A stretch of DNA of 64,000 nt, taken from NCBI GenBank assembly GCA_903813345.2, contig CAIIXF020000001.1:39060001-39124000 (forward strand). The letters are read 5' to 3'. The first letter of the stretch is position 1, and each line of letters opens with the position of its first letter. The notes under the pieces are model-generated. The model saw nothing but the letters and a program-made list of their open reading frames with translations. It made no database searches and was not told the DNA's origin. This stretch comes from Owenia fusiformis. Taxonomy: Eukaryota. Both the position numbers and the translations under genes were made by a program. Below, piece after piece: positions 46,601-59,092 of this stretch.

Positions 46601-49600
46601 TGAGTAGAACTTCTTTTTCTCTCGGCATCAGCATATAGAATTTGAACTAAATCTATCAACTGGTATTTAAGTTATCAAAGGTTACGTTCTTTTATGAAAA
46701 ATGGCGGCCATTTTGAAATTTAGCTGCCATCTTGAAAATCCCTTCGCAAGAAGAGCTCCTATGTCCCTAGGCATCAGCATGTAAAATTTGAACCAAATCC
46801 ATTCAATGGTATTTGAGTTATCAATCATAACGTTTTTTTACGAAAAATGGCCGCCATTTTGAAATATGGTGGCCATCTTGAAAATGTCTTCTCGAGCAAG
46901 GCTCCTTTGTACCCAGGCAACAGCATATAAAATTTGAACCAAATCCATTTACTAGTATTTGAGTTATCAAAGATTATATTTTTTCCAAAAAATGGCTGCC
47001 ATTTTGAAATATGGTGGCCATCTTGAAAATGTCTTCTTGAGCAAGGCTCCTTTGTACCCAGGCAACAGCATATAAAATTTGAACCAAATCCATCCACTAA
47101 TATTTGAGTTATTAAAGATTATATGTTTTCGGAAAAATGGCCGCCATTTTGAATTTAGAGGCCATATTGAAAATTCCTTCTCGAGCAGAGGTCCTACACC
47201 CATAAGGCATAAGCCTATAAAATTTGAATGAAATCCGTCAACCGGTATTTGAGTTATTGCCCGGACAAACGAACAGACGGACGAACGGACGGACGGACGA
47301 ACAGACGGACGAACGGACGGACGAACAGACGGCTTTTCTATATCCCCCTCGAACTTCGTTCGGTGGGATAATTAATCCTCATAATCTTCTAAGTATAGAA
47401 TAAATCAGTTATTCAATGCTCGGTTTTGAATACAGAATATAGCCCCCAGGAAATACAACATATCTACCCTCTGTCTCTTTGGTTCTTTAGGTAGATAATG
47501 TATTTCCCTCAGGGTATACCCTGTATCAAAAACCACCCATTAAATATCCATAATTTATTCCATGCTTAGTAGTGTTATAGGTAAATAACATACAAGAATA
47601 AATTTGATATCTCAAGTGAGCGGGTGATATATATAAAATCACCCGCTCATCAGATCTACAACGTCACAAATTTAGAGAGCAGATACTGAGCCAGGGGACT
47701 TGACTATAAATCCTCAGAATCCACTAAGTATAGAATAAATCAGTTATTAAATGCTCGATTTTTGATATAGCAATACTCATTATATTAGGATATCAGTTGT
47801 GAAAGATGCACATGTATTCAGACTGCACATTATTGAAAATGTGATGACGTTGTTGCACATAAGCAGCAATGATCATATTCAAGACTGATAGGATTACACT
47901 GTGACAGTCTCATGTACAGTGAAATGGCACATTATTGAAAATGTGATGACGTTGTTGCACTATAAGCAGCAATGATTATATTACAAGACTGCTAGGATTA
48001 CACTGTGACAGTCTCATGTACAGTGAAATGGCACATTATTGAAAATGTGATGACGTTGTTGCACTATAGCAGTAATGATCATATTACGAGACTGCTAGGA
48101 TTACACTGAGACAGTCTCATGTACAGTGACATGGCACATTATTGAAAATGTGATGACATTGTTGCACTATAAGCAGCAATGATCATATTATGAGACTGCT
48201 TGGATAACACTGTGACGGTCTCATGTACAGTGAAATGGCACATTATTGAAAATGTCATGACATTGTTGCACTATAAGCAGCAATGATCATATTATGAGAC
48301 TGCTAGGATTACACTGTGACAGTCTCATGCACAGTGAGATGGCACATTATTGAAAATGTGATGACATTGTTGCACTATAAGCAGCAATGATCATATTATG
48401 AGACTGCTTGGATTACACTGTGACAGTCTCATGTACAGTGAAATGGCACATTATTGAAAATGTGATGACGTTGTTGCACTATAAGCAGCAATGATCATAT
48501 TACAAGACTGCTTGGATTACACTGTGACAGTCTCATGTACAGTGAAATGGCACATTATTGAAAATGTGATGACGTTGTTGCACTATAAGCAGCAATGATT
48601 ATATTACAAGACTGCTAGGATTACACTGTGACAGTCTCATGTACAGTGAAATGGCACATTATTGAAAATGTGATGACATTGTTGCACTATAAGCAGCAAT
48701 GATTATATTACAAGACTGCTAGGATTACACTGTGACACTCTCATGTACAGTGAAATGGCACATTATTGAAAATGTGATGACATTGTTGCACTATAAGCAG
48801 CAATGATTATATTACAAGACTGCTAGGATTACACTGTGACAGTCTCATGTACAGTGAAATGGCACATTATTGAAAATGTGATGACATTGTTGCACTATAA
48901 GCAGCAATGATTATATTACAAGACTGCTAGGATTACACTGTGACAGTCTCGTATACAGTGAGATGGCACATTATTGAAAATGTGATGACATTGTTGCACT
49001 ATAAGCAGCAATGATTATATTACAAGACTGCTAGGATTACACTGTGACAGTCTCATGTACAGTGAAATGGCACATTATTGAAAATGTGATGACATTGTTG
49101 CACTATAGCAGCAATGATCATATTACAAGACTGCTTGGATTCACTCTGACAGTCTCATGTACAGTGAAATGGCACATTATTGAAAATGTGATGACATTGT
49201 TGCACTATAAGCAGCAATGATTATATTACAAGACTGCTAGGATTACACTGTGACAGTCTCATGTACAGTGAAATGGCACATTATTGAAAATGTGATGACA
49301 TTGTTGCACTATAAGCAGCAATGATTATATTACAAGACTGCTAGGATTACACTGTGACAGTCTCGTATACAGTGAGATGGCACATTATTGAAAATGTGAT
49401 GACATTGTTGCACTATAAGCAGCAATGATTATATTACAAGACTGCTAGGATTACACTGTGACAGTCTCGTATACAGTGAGATGGCACATTATTGAAAATG
49501 TGATGACATTGTTGCACTATAAGCAGCAATGATTATATTACAAGACTGCTAGGATTACACAGTGACAGTCTCATGTACAGTGAAATGGCACATTATTGAA

Positions 49601-52600
49601 AATGTGATGACATTGTTGCACTATAGCAGCAATGATCATATTACAAGACTGCTTGGATTCACTCTGACAGTCTCATGTACAGTGAAATGGCACATTATTG
49701 AAAATGTGATGACGTTGTTGCACTATAAGCAGCAATGATCATATTACAAGACTGCTTGGATTACACTGTGACAGTCTCATGTACAGTGAAATGGCACATT
49801 ATTGAAAATGTGATGACGTTGTTGCACTATAAGCAGCAATGATCATATTACGAGACTGCTAGGATTACACTGTGACAGTCTCGTATACAGTGAGATGGCA
49901 CATTATAGAAAATGTGATAACATTGTTGCACTATAGCAGCAATGATCATATTACGAGACTGCTTAGATTACACTGTGACAGTCTCATGTACAGTGAAATA
50001 GCACATTATTAAAAATGTGATGACATTGTTGCACTATAGCAGCAATGATCATATTACGAGACTGCTAGGATTACACTGTGACAGTCTCATGTTCAGTAAA
50101 ATGGCACATTATTGAAAATGTGATGACGTTGTTGCACTATAAGCAGCAATGATCATATTACAAGACTGCTTGGATTACAATGTGACAGTCTCATATACAG
50201 TGAAATGGCACATTATTGAAAATGTGACGACATTTTTGCACTATAAGCAGCAATGATCATTTTACGAGACTGCTAGGATTACACTGTGACAGTCTCATGT
50301 AGTGAGATGGCACATTATTGAAAATGTGATGACGTTGTTGCACTATAAGCAGCAATGATCATATTATGAGACTCTTTGGATTTCACTGTGACAGTCTCAT
50401 ATACAGTGAAATGGCACATTATTGAAAATGTGACGACATTGTTGCACTATAAGCAGCAATGATCATATTATGAGACTGCTAGGATTACTGTGACAGTCTC
50501 ATGTACAGTGAAATGGCACATTATTGAAAACGTGATGACGTTGTTGCACTATAAGCAGCAATGATCATATTACGAGACTGCTAGGATTACACTGTGACAG
50601 TCTCATTGCAGTGAGATGGCACATTATTGAAAACGTGATGACGTTGTTGCACTATAAGCAGCAATGATCATATTATGAGACTGCTAGGATTACACTGTGA
50701 CAGTCTCATATACAGTGAAATGGCACATTATTGAAAATGTGATGACATTGTTGCACTATAAGCAGCAATGATCATATTATGAGACTGCTAGGATTACACT
50801 GTGACAGTCTCATGTACAGTGAAATGGCACATTATTGAAAACGTGATGACGTTGTTGCACTATAAGCAGCAATGATCATATTATGAGACTGCTTGGATTA
50901 CACTGTGACAGTCTCATGTACAGTGTACTCTGAATGAACTTTGCTAAGTTGACATCTGCCAATGCCATTTCAATTCATCATTTGCCAATATACTAGATTA
51001 GTAATTACAGTGATGATATTCAAAATGGTTTATCAAAACTTCTTACTTCTTTGTTTTGAATACAATTACTCCAGCCAAAGCCAAGAAACATGCAATAATT
51101 AAATTAGATTTGTTCTTAAATTGAGCTTTCAATGTGCCATAACTTAATATATATGGCATGTCAGCCTAAATACATGCAACTGTTGACACCTCCCAAAGGA
51201 TACAAAACATGGTAGTTGTTAAAACACATCCTGTTTTTATCATTCTACTTCCTGTGTGACTGAGGTATACAAGATTAAATATAGTCTAAGCATTTTATCA
51301 ATATATTAATATCAATGTTGGTTGAGTGAGTAAACCATATGTGTGATGAGATTTAATAGATTAGGAAAGTGATATAAAAATGTTTTGATATTAAACGTGA
51401 GCAATTTCCCTTATAATTTCTATGATATAGTGCAGATAACAGGCAGTGCCTGGGTAATGAACTCTTGGCAGTGTTCACAGGTTAAAATCAACAATACAGG
51501 CAGATATAAATTGGTGATGGAGTGAACCACAGAGGTGGAGAAGTTGTTGAAGTCTGACTAATAAGCATGCAAACATATCATATAAGTTACATGTACAACC
51601 CAAACTCAGACGTTTAACAAATAAAATCACTAAAAACCCAATAAAATGGCTGATTCTCTTACCTGCCAAAGAATCTTTATATTTTGACAGGTGGTGGATG
51701 ATCCTGGACATTTTGTGATATAAAAACTCCCTGGGCCAAACTTTGGAGGACCTGAGGGCCCTGCAATAAACAAACAGCATAATTTAACAAAAATTAACAT
51801 TTAACGATTTAACATTGCAATGCTGTATAACTTATTGATCTTTATTAGCTATGTTTGTCTACAGTGTTCTCTTCACTGATTTTGTTATACATGTTGTTAC
51901 ATTGCTAGCGAAGAAAGCAGAAATATATTCAGAATAAATCCTCAGAGGTATTTTTGCTTTGCAATATCCTGTGTAGTTAATGATGAGGTAAACCAATGTA
52001 AAAAGGGATAGAGTGCGTAGTTAGACAGCAAGACGAGACACAGTATCTTGAGATTTAACATTGCATGAATTGATTATTGAATGAGATCCTGAAGAGGTTA
52101 GGACACACAGAGATTTAAACCAGGCTAATTATTAATGGGTAATAATCACAATCTCAGTTTATGCATTTCAAAATCCAATTCTGTTGACACTGTACTTCAA
52201 AATATGGAATTTTAGTGCTGGAACCAGGAGGAAATGGAATTTTAATTGAAGTAAGCACACACTGATATGAGCATATGATCCTTGGGAACCCCAAATACAG
52301 GGTGGGTCAATAAAAATATCCATATTTTTTATTTGGCGATAACTTTTAGAAAAATCCATATATTTTTTTAATATTTTTACTAATCTGCATGATCAAAAAG
52401 AGAACATGTGTCTCAATCATTTTCAGTCGCGTAACCAGGCATAAGCGAGGTTTTGCACATTCGTTACCTAAATGATGGAGAAAAAAATTAATTGTTGTAA
52501 AGACTAAGAAAAAAATTTTTGTTTCATGATCTTTCCTGGACTACTTCTCTTCAAGACTCCAGACAAGTAACATTTTTCCATTCTGGTTGCATTTTTGTGT

Positions 52601-54765
52601 ATCTTCCACAAAGACTTTGTTTTTATAAGCGTGGAATTATAAGAGTGGGCAGCAAGGGCCCCCGCCATTTACTGTTTGCATTTGTTTAAGACATTGCCAA
52701 TTTTATAACATGTAAAAAACTTTTTCGAATGATAAGTGATTTAACAGGCAATAATTTTTCATCTCAGGTTTTAGTTATTCATTTACATGTATCACGAACA
52801 ATGTATACAATAAATAGTGCCCCACAGTCAGAACGCACCATTTAAGGTTCTTAAATAGAAATTCCCGGGGACATTGCCCTGGAACCCCTAGTTTTGCCAG
52901 TTTTGATAGAAATATCCTTGGACCAAGGATGATATTATCATGCCGTTCATAATACAATTCATAATACTGTAACATGTAACGATTGCATTAAACTAAAAAA
53001 TGTACAAATAACATACTAGCTGGTTCAGTTCTGATTGTGCTATTTTTCCATTCACTCCAGTAGAGGCCTTGCTTTGGCTTACACCTAATGGCTATTGTAT
53101 AGGTCGTGTAATAGGAATGTAGAGTTCTGATAGTTCTTGACAAGTTTAAGTTGTAGTCTCCATCAACAGACAGCTTAGTCTGAAACATGAAATGCCATTT
53201 GAATCAAACAAGTTCGACAAAGACTGAAATAGAAAACATCAGTTAAATAGAGTCAAAGAAATGATGGATCAGGAACACAGATGATTTGCTGTGTTTTTAT
53301 TGATATTTTGGCCTAGTATCAATTCTGAGTCTACAACTAGTGTTTTTTATTTATTTTAATTCTAATTGTGGCTCGGTCTTAACAAGACATTATGAGCCAA
53401 TTTTACAGTTTATATACATATTGAAAAAATGCATTGCGTTGCGGGTCCACGGTGACCGTTGGGATTGTTGGTGGTGCTCCAAATGAGTAGAGGTTTATCG
53501 ATATTTTGTCCAGAAATTCAGTGAATGATATAATTATTGAAAAATTTTCTTTTTTGTTACAAAGTTGATGACCAAAGGTTAGAGTATTTGCTTTGTTTGC
53601 TTGAGAGAGAGACTTGAACCTTATTTTTGGATATTTACGGGATATTTTATTGGAAAGTATAGTGTACTCATCTGTGTTTAGGGGGCATCTGAACTCTGAA
53701 GAGAAAATGGTTTAATGTTTCTGATTCAATTTCACATATACATAAAGGGGAATGTACAGAAGTAAAGTTATGGGTCATGGAGCTGCGCCTTAAGATCTAG
53801 GTTACATCTGAATTTATTCAAGAGTATCACACAATGCCTCGTTAAATGTAACTACAACTACAGTATAACCCTAGAGAGCCAATTAGTTAGACTGAGTATT
53901 TTAAGTTTGAAATAGCTACTGTCACCATTTTCTAAAAATCAATACTGAACTGAATAAATATGTGACTAAAATTTTTTATTTTTCAATACACATTTAAATT
54001 TTAAAAAAAGGATCACACTGTCCATTGTAAAAATATTAATGGGTATAAAAAAAGCCCCCACAACTGGTTGTGTCTCTTTAATTATTCAATTATCACTAGC
54101 CTGTTTCTCGGCATAGAGCTATAACCTCAATTGATAAAATGTAGGACACCTTGAGATTATTCTACAAACTAATATCACTATATTATAAAACATGTCATCT
54201 TGCTAACAGCAACTTTCGGCATATTATTAACAGAATTATATCTTATTTCAGGTTCTTATATCCTGATATCTATGTTATGTTGACATATGTTTGACTTGTG
54301 TGGTATGTGTGTGTATGAATGCTATGTTCTGAAGAGTTGCTGTGGTAAGCATGGTTGTATGCTTGAATAGAGTTCTCCACATTTCTCAAAATGAGTAATA
54401 AAAAAGGTTTATGAGTGGCGTGATGTTATCATCAAAACATGGTGATACAATAAAGATATAATTTATTTTGTAATTTCTAGTTGTGTAAAGTTCTATGTTA
54501 TTAATGTTAAACATAATGGAAAGTCAACATGACATTTACACATCAAAATCACATGCCTTTTGAACAATTCGAAATCTGACTTAATATAATGAACTGATAT
54601 TAAAGTGGGTTACCCAATCCTCGTCCCATTGTCCTTTGTACAATACATCATAGATAAGGGGAAGTATCACTGGAATGTCTGCATCTTTTGCATGTGACCA
54701 CAAAATCTCAATAGAAGTGTTATTGAGCGCTTTACACTGAATTTCATTCACAGGAGCAACTTCCA
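28656..54765 (-). CDS. Domeless/gp130-like class I cytokine receptor (FN3 ectodomain, single TM, long Tyr-rich tail); 5'-incomplete, about 1079 aa visible
   Basis: Exons (minus): 54614-54765, 53017-53179, 51663-51760, 45532-45742, 43302-43447, 41799-41964, 40660-40821, 40205-40363, 32817-32938, 32235-32406, 31587-31895, 31331-31409 (TM: ITLLIVSCVIGAVVLAVFLAVCI), 30285-30369, 29930-30049, 28656-29750. All are GT-AG and phase-compatible. Features: WSxWS-like GLYWSEWK, Dome-like PSGPP..GSF, VTVYWC and SSGM.W.C motifs, and about six FN3 domains. No signal peptide or N-terminal exons were identified in the window. Confidence 0.85.
34914..35401. mobile_element. TA-flanked MITE (pogo/Tc2-like) nested in the piggyBac relic
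   Basis: TIR ccggattttctcgcatata / tatatgcgagaaaatccgg, with TA on both flanks. Confidence 0.8.
38043..38279. mobile_element. TA-flanked Tc1-like MITE nested in the piggyBac relic
   Basis: TIR cagttggggacaaaaataaatgacagg / cctgtcatttatttatgtcctgaactg; a related partial copy lies near 38832-38950. Confidence 0.7.
41086..41778. repeat. 39-bp minisatellite with 117-bp higher-order periodicity
   Basis: Unit approximately agtgtgggagatgggtaagatgttatggcagagaac; explains the repetitive ORFs 41020-41952 and 41055-41738. Confidence 0.93.
41980..42400. repeat. Degenerate about 26-28-bp AT-rich tandem repeat (aaatgataattttgt..)
   Basis: Visible array immediately adjoining the acceptor of exon 41799-41964. 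Confidence 0.8.
42516..43281. repeat. 42-bp minisatellite (about 18 copies)
   Basis: Unit atatgaaatgacccacttg(c/g)tctttgactccagatcccttac; two copies carry a 7-bp insertion. Confidence 0.95.
43932..44114. mobile_element. CAGG...CCTG mini-element (hAT-like), 5-bp TSD
   Basis: TIR caggcctgtagcca / tggctacgggcctg; TSD gtacc; body similar to 25362-25571. Confidence 0.8.
46172..47371 (+). mobile_element. Helentron-associated (HINE/DINE-like) non-autonomous element with an internal 145-bp tandem array
   Basis: Conserved head aactagaaaaacagcaact..gagtagcaaatcccac; 145-bp repeats (gaaaaatggccgccattttgaaat); (GGAC/GAAC)n microsatellite at about 47262-47332; tail tatatccccctcgaac..gggataa. The same head occurs near 5755, 30416 and 62531. 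Confidence 0.7.
47826..50925. repeat. 104-bp satellite array (about 30 copies, 3.1 kb) in a receptor intron
   Basis: Unit gcacattattgaaaatgtgatgac(g/a)ttgttgcactataagcagcaatgat(c/t)atattacaagactgctaggattacactgtgacagtctcatgtacagtgaaatg. Confidence 0.96.
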
Positions 54766-55053
54766 CTGGAAAAGAGGAAAAACATAACATAGAGATACAT
54801 CACATAGCATTTGAATAAAATAAGCTTAAAAAGGTCCATGAAAGAAGAATCAAAAGTTGCTTTATTTGTTTTAGGGTAATATTATTATTTTTAAATACAT
54901 GTATATGTTTCTTTTACTGATGATTCAAATCATGTTCACTGTACAGGTTAGTAAACTAAACTAAGTAAGAACACTAAACTAATTTCTTAATGCAAGCACG
55001 CAAAGGTACAAAAAGGGAAAAGATTAAAGATATTATTAAACTCAGCAAGAAAA

Positions 55054-55247
55054 AGAAACATCTAAGAGCATAACCATGTGCAAGGATAATTTCTCATTTA
55101 GGCAGGTATTTCTACTTTATCCAAGCACTTTGAAAAATATAAGAAACATCTAAGAGCATAATGAATCGCAAAAATAATTTCTCATTTAGGCAGATATTTC
55201 TACTTTGTCCAAGCACTTTGAAAAATATAAGAAACATCTAAGAGCAT
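55054..55247. repeat. About 86-bp minisatellite, left part (upstream of the LINE)
   Basis: Unit taaccatgtgcaaggataatttctcatttaggcaggtatttctactttatccaagcactttgaaaaatataagaaacatctaagagca. Confidence 0.85.
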
Positions 55248-55764
55248 CTAGCTCTTCATGTATTCAACCCCCAGTCCTAGACAATACAAAGAGGGATAAA
55301 CACTGACAATTCCAAGGTAAAATTATCTTCGCTTTTTCAAAAAACAGTTTCCCTTTTCAGGTCACTGTGACTGTAGGCTAGATCAATTTTTTATTTATTT
55401 TTAGGCTAATAGTATCGGAGTTAATGTCAACCACAGCCTATAGCACAATCAATGTCTAAAAAGCAAACCTCAACTCCGTTTCAATCGCACAAGAAAATAA
55501 TTTTCAAGGAGTACCCTGGAAGTCTCAATCCCACATGATGGAAAATTGACCGATTAACTATTCAGGTTGATTTGTCAATTTCTCCTCAATCTTCTCATTC
55601 TTTGCAACTTTTGTATTTCTATCTTTTTTTTTTAAAAAGAAAAATGAGGCATTTTCCTAAGTGCCTTAAAAACATAGAAAAGTGTCAAATAAAAGACATT
55701 ATTATGTATACAAAAAAGGGGGCAGGGGTAATTTCAAGAGGGCCTATATACAAATACAAGGACG

Positions 55765-58700
55765 ATGGTGGTTAAAATAGGTACCATTAATGTGAGGGGC
55801 TTGCAAGACCAGGTAAAAAGAAGAAAACTCTTCTTACACGCTCGGAACGAAAATTATGACGTTCTACTCATACAAGAGACCCACTGCGGCATGAAACAAG
55901 CAAAACAATGGGAAAATGAATGGGGCATGACATCATATTTTACAGAAAGGGCCACAAATTCAGTTGGAGTTGGTATACTATTCTCTCATAAGGCAGACAT
56001 CCAAATTGAAGACAGCGACATCGGAGAAGATGGAAGATACATAATAATAAATACTAAAATAGAAGGAAAGGAAATAACCTTAGTGAACATATATGGACAT
56101 GACAATGACAACAATAATCTTTTCAACAATGGAGAGGTTAAGCTAACGATGTTTTTCACAACGTAACCGTGAACGCAAAGTACAAAAATTAACAAAGGAA
56201 TGTATCGAGCGCTCATAGTTTTATGCGCGCTTAGTCTACTTCAGATACTCTTTCAGCTTCAGAGTTTCGGGTTTAGAACGGGAGATTTTGAAATTTGACG
56301 TTGGGTCAACGGGAACCATTTTACTCGTGTCTATTGAACACCATGCTGTCAATTTTGATTTCGATGCACAGTTGAATTCTTGCTGAACACGATGATGTAT
56401 GTCATGCATGATTTAGGGCCAAAAATCTTACGAAACGAGCTCGTTTAAAATATGTATTAGAAAACCAGCTATAAAACCGCATCAATGACATACTATAGAA
56501 TCATTACACGCTATGGTGTAGTCTAAACAAACACTGGATTTGAACGGCTATTTATATGAGAAGGCTACATGGATTTGTATATGGTCGAGTGATACGTACA
56601 GGTTCAGTTTCGATTATATATGCAAAGCTTAACCTCTCAAATATCGCAAAAAAACTGAGAGAAGGGCGTAATCATTATTCTATTATAATAGGAGGAGATT
56701 TCAACGTGCCCCTAGAGCCAAACAAAGATAAAGAAAGCCAAACAGGCAATACCAACCAGGATGCACATAGAAACACAAGACAGCAGATAAAGCAGCTAAT
56801 GGAGGAACATGATCTTGTGGACATATGGAGAGTAAATAACCCTACCAAAAGAAATTTCACCTGGTCAAATGCCGCTACCACTACGAAATCCAGACTAGAT
56901 TATTTCCTTATAGCCTCTCCACTAATCAACAATACCAGTGACGTAGACATTCACACTTCAAAATCCTACAAAATAGCTGACCACCAATTTGTTCAATTGC
57001 AACTAAGGATGGGCACTCAAGAGCGTGGCCCGGGTTTGTGGAAATTCAATGCAAGGTTAACAGAAGATAGAGAATATGTAGCTTTGATAAAAAACCTATT
57101 CAGAGGTTTGGTTGAAGAGCACAAGGACATGACTGCTCAAAATTTATGGGAACTCATAAAATTCAAAATCAAAACAGAGTCCATTAGGTACTCAAAGCAA
57201 AAAAACGCTGGAAAACACCTAGATATCACCAACAAAATAAGACGGCTACAAGAAATAGAGGCAAACCTAAGAGATAACTACATCCATGAAACACAGCTAC
57301 GAGAAGAAGAACAACAACTCCAAAGAGAGATAGAAGAGATGAATGATGAAAAAGCAAAGGGCGCAATACTTCGAGCAAAAATAAGATGGGCGGAAGAAGG
57401 TGAAAAACAATCTAGTTACTTCCTGAAGTTAGAAAAAAGAAATTTTGCAAAAAAGAACATCACACAACTGAATACAGACGATGGCAGGGAACTTAATGAT
57501 CCTGAAGAAATAAGGAAAGAAAGTGCAAGGTTCTATGAAGAACTGTACAGAAGCAGGCTCCCAGACATTAGGCAGCACTCAGAAACATTCTTCCCTGCTA
57601 TAAAATCAATCACCAGTCTCACAGAAGAGGAAAAACAGAGCTGCGAGGGCTATATTACCTTAGAAGAAATAACAACACAGATCAAGTCCCTGAAGACCGG
57701 GAAGTCGCCAGGTAGCGACGGCTTAACAAGCGAATTTTATAGATGTTTCCAAGAACCAGTTGTGCCAATACTGGTAAAAAGCTACAAGGAAGCATTGGAT
57801 AAAGAAGAATTATCAACTGAACAAAAAAGAAGCATTATAACCCAACTACCTAAAAAAGACCGTGACATTCTACGCCTATTAAATTGGCGACCAATATCAT
57901 TGCTAAACACAGACTACAAAATAATTACAGGATGTCTAGCAGAAAGAATGAAAGCCCATTTAACAAAAATAATTAACGAAGACCAAACAGGTTTTATTAA
58001 AGGGAGAAATATATCAGAGAATATTTGACTCATAATAGACTGTATGGAACACCTTAAATCAAACAATGAATCTGGCATAATAATTTTCATCGACTTTGAA
58101 AAAGCTTTTGACACAGTGGAATGGAAATTTATTGATCGGACGCTAGATTACTTCAATTTTGGACCAGACTTTAGAAAATGGATCAAAACCATATACAACG
58201 ATGCAAAAAGCTCAGTAATAAATAACGGGTATACATCATGCTACTTTAACCTGAACAGAGGAGTACGACAGGGATGCCCCCTAAGTCCGTATTTATTTAT
58301 TCTATGTGCCGAAATATTGAGTGAATCAATCAGAAGAGATGAAGAAATTGAAGGCATACAAATACCAGATGGAGAAGTAAAGATTTCACAATACGCCGAT
58401 GATACATCAGTCTTTGTAAGAAATATTGCATCCGCAAAAAAAGTAATTAAAAAGTTCAGAAATTTTGGAGAAATCTCAGGACTGAACATCAATCTCCACA
58501 AAACCGAAGAAGCCGTGATAGGCAGAGAAAATGCACTATTACAGCAACAAGTAAGAGATGAAAGCATGGCATCAGGGCTAAAATACCAAGAAAAAGATAT
58601 AAAAGTCCTTGGTATAACAATTCCTTTAGATGGAAGAGACATAAACAGTTTAAATTTCCCAGAGAAAAGAAACAAAATTCAAGGACTTATTAGAGCATGG

Positions 58701-59092
58701 AAAAGTAGAAACATCACACCTCTAGGAAAAATAATAATGATAAAATCACTCCTCGTATCTCAGCTGACATATCTATGTACAGTGCTCACACCAACAGATG
58801 ACTTTATCAAAGAAATAGAAAACATGTTTTTCAACTTTATATGGGATGAGAAGCCAGACAAAATTGGAAGAAAGATAATGATGAACGAACAAGAGAGAGG
58901 TGGCCTAAACATGCTCCACTTACAATCATACGTAAAAAACCTAAGCATCAAATGGATAAAGAAATATATAGACCCTACATATAGTGGCAAATGGAAGGAG
59001 GTTTTGGAACTACTACCTGAAGAACCTGACGCAGGGAGAAGTATGGGCTTTGAACCTTTCAAAAAATAGTGACAAAATAAATGTTTTAGACT
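55765..59092 (+). mobile_element. L1/Tx1-clade non-LTR retrotransposon ORF2 (APE endonuclease plus RT), disrupted and 3'-truncated
   Basis: EN motifs GTINVRGL, LLIQETH, GGDFN, SRLDYF and DH; linker RGPGLWKFN and RAKIRWAEEGEK; RT motifs KSPGSDG, NWRPISLLNTDYKI, IDFEKAFD, RGVRQGCPLSP and QYADD. Lesions: MITE at 56131-56639, in-frame TGA at 58026-58028, and a frameshift near 59000. Confidence 0.93.
56131..56639. mobile_element. MITE (PIF/Harbinger/ISL2EU-group-like) inserted in the LINE endonuclease domain
   Basis: TIR gagaggttaagct / agcttaacctctc; AAT duplicated (56128-56130, 56640-56642). Removing the element and one AAT restores the ORF2 frame (..NLFNN|IAKKLRE..GGDFN). Confidence 0.85.

Noticed and set aside
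47826..50925. Regular array as a CRISPR locus or hammerhead-ribozyme array
   Set aside because: Units are full-length tandem copies with no unique spacers, the context is eukaryotic with no cas genes, and no CUGAUGA...GAAA hammerhead core was seen on either strand.
58026..58028. In-frame TGA in LINE ORF2 as selenocysteine or programmed readthrough
   Set aside because: The position corresponds to a usually Arg codon (ENIR-type motif), so a CGA-to-TGA change in a dead copy is the simpler explanation; the copy has other lesions.
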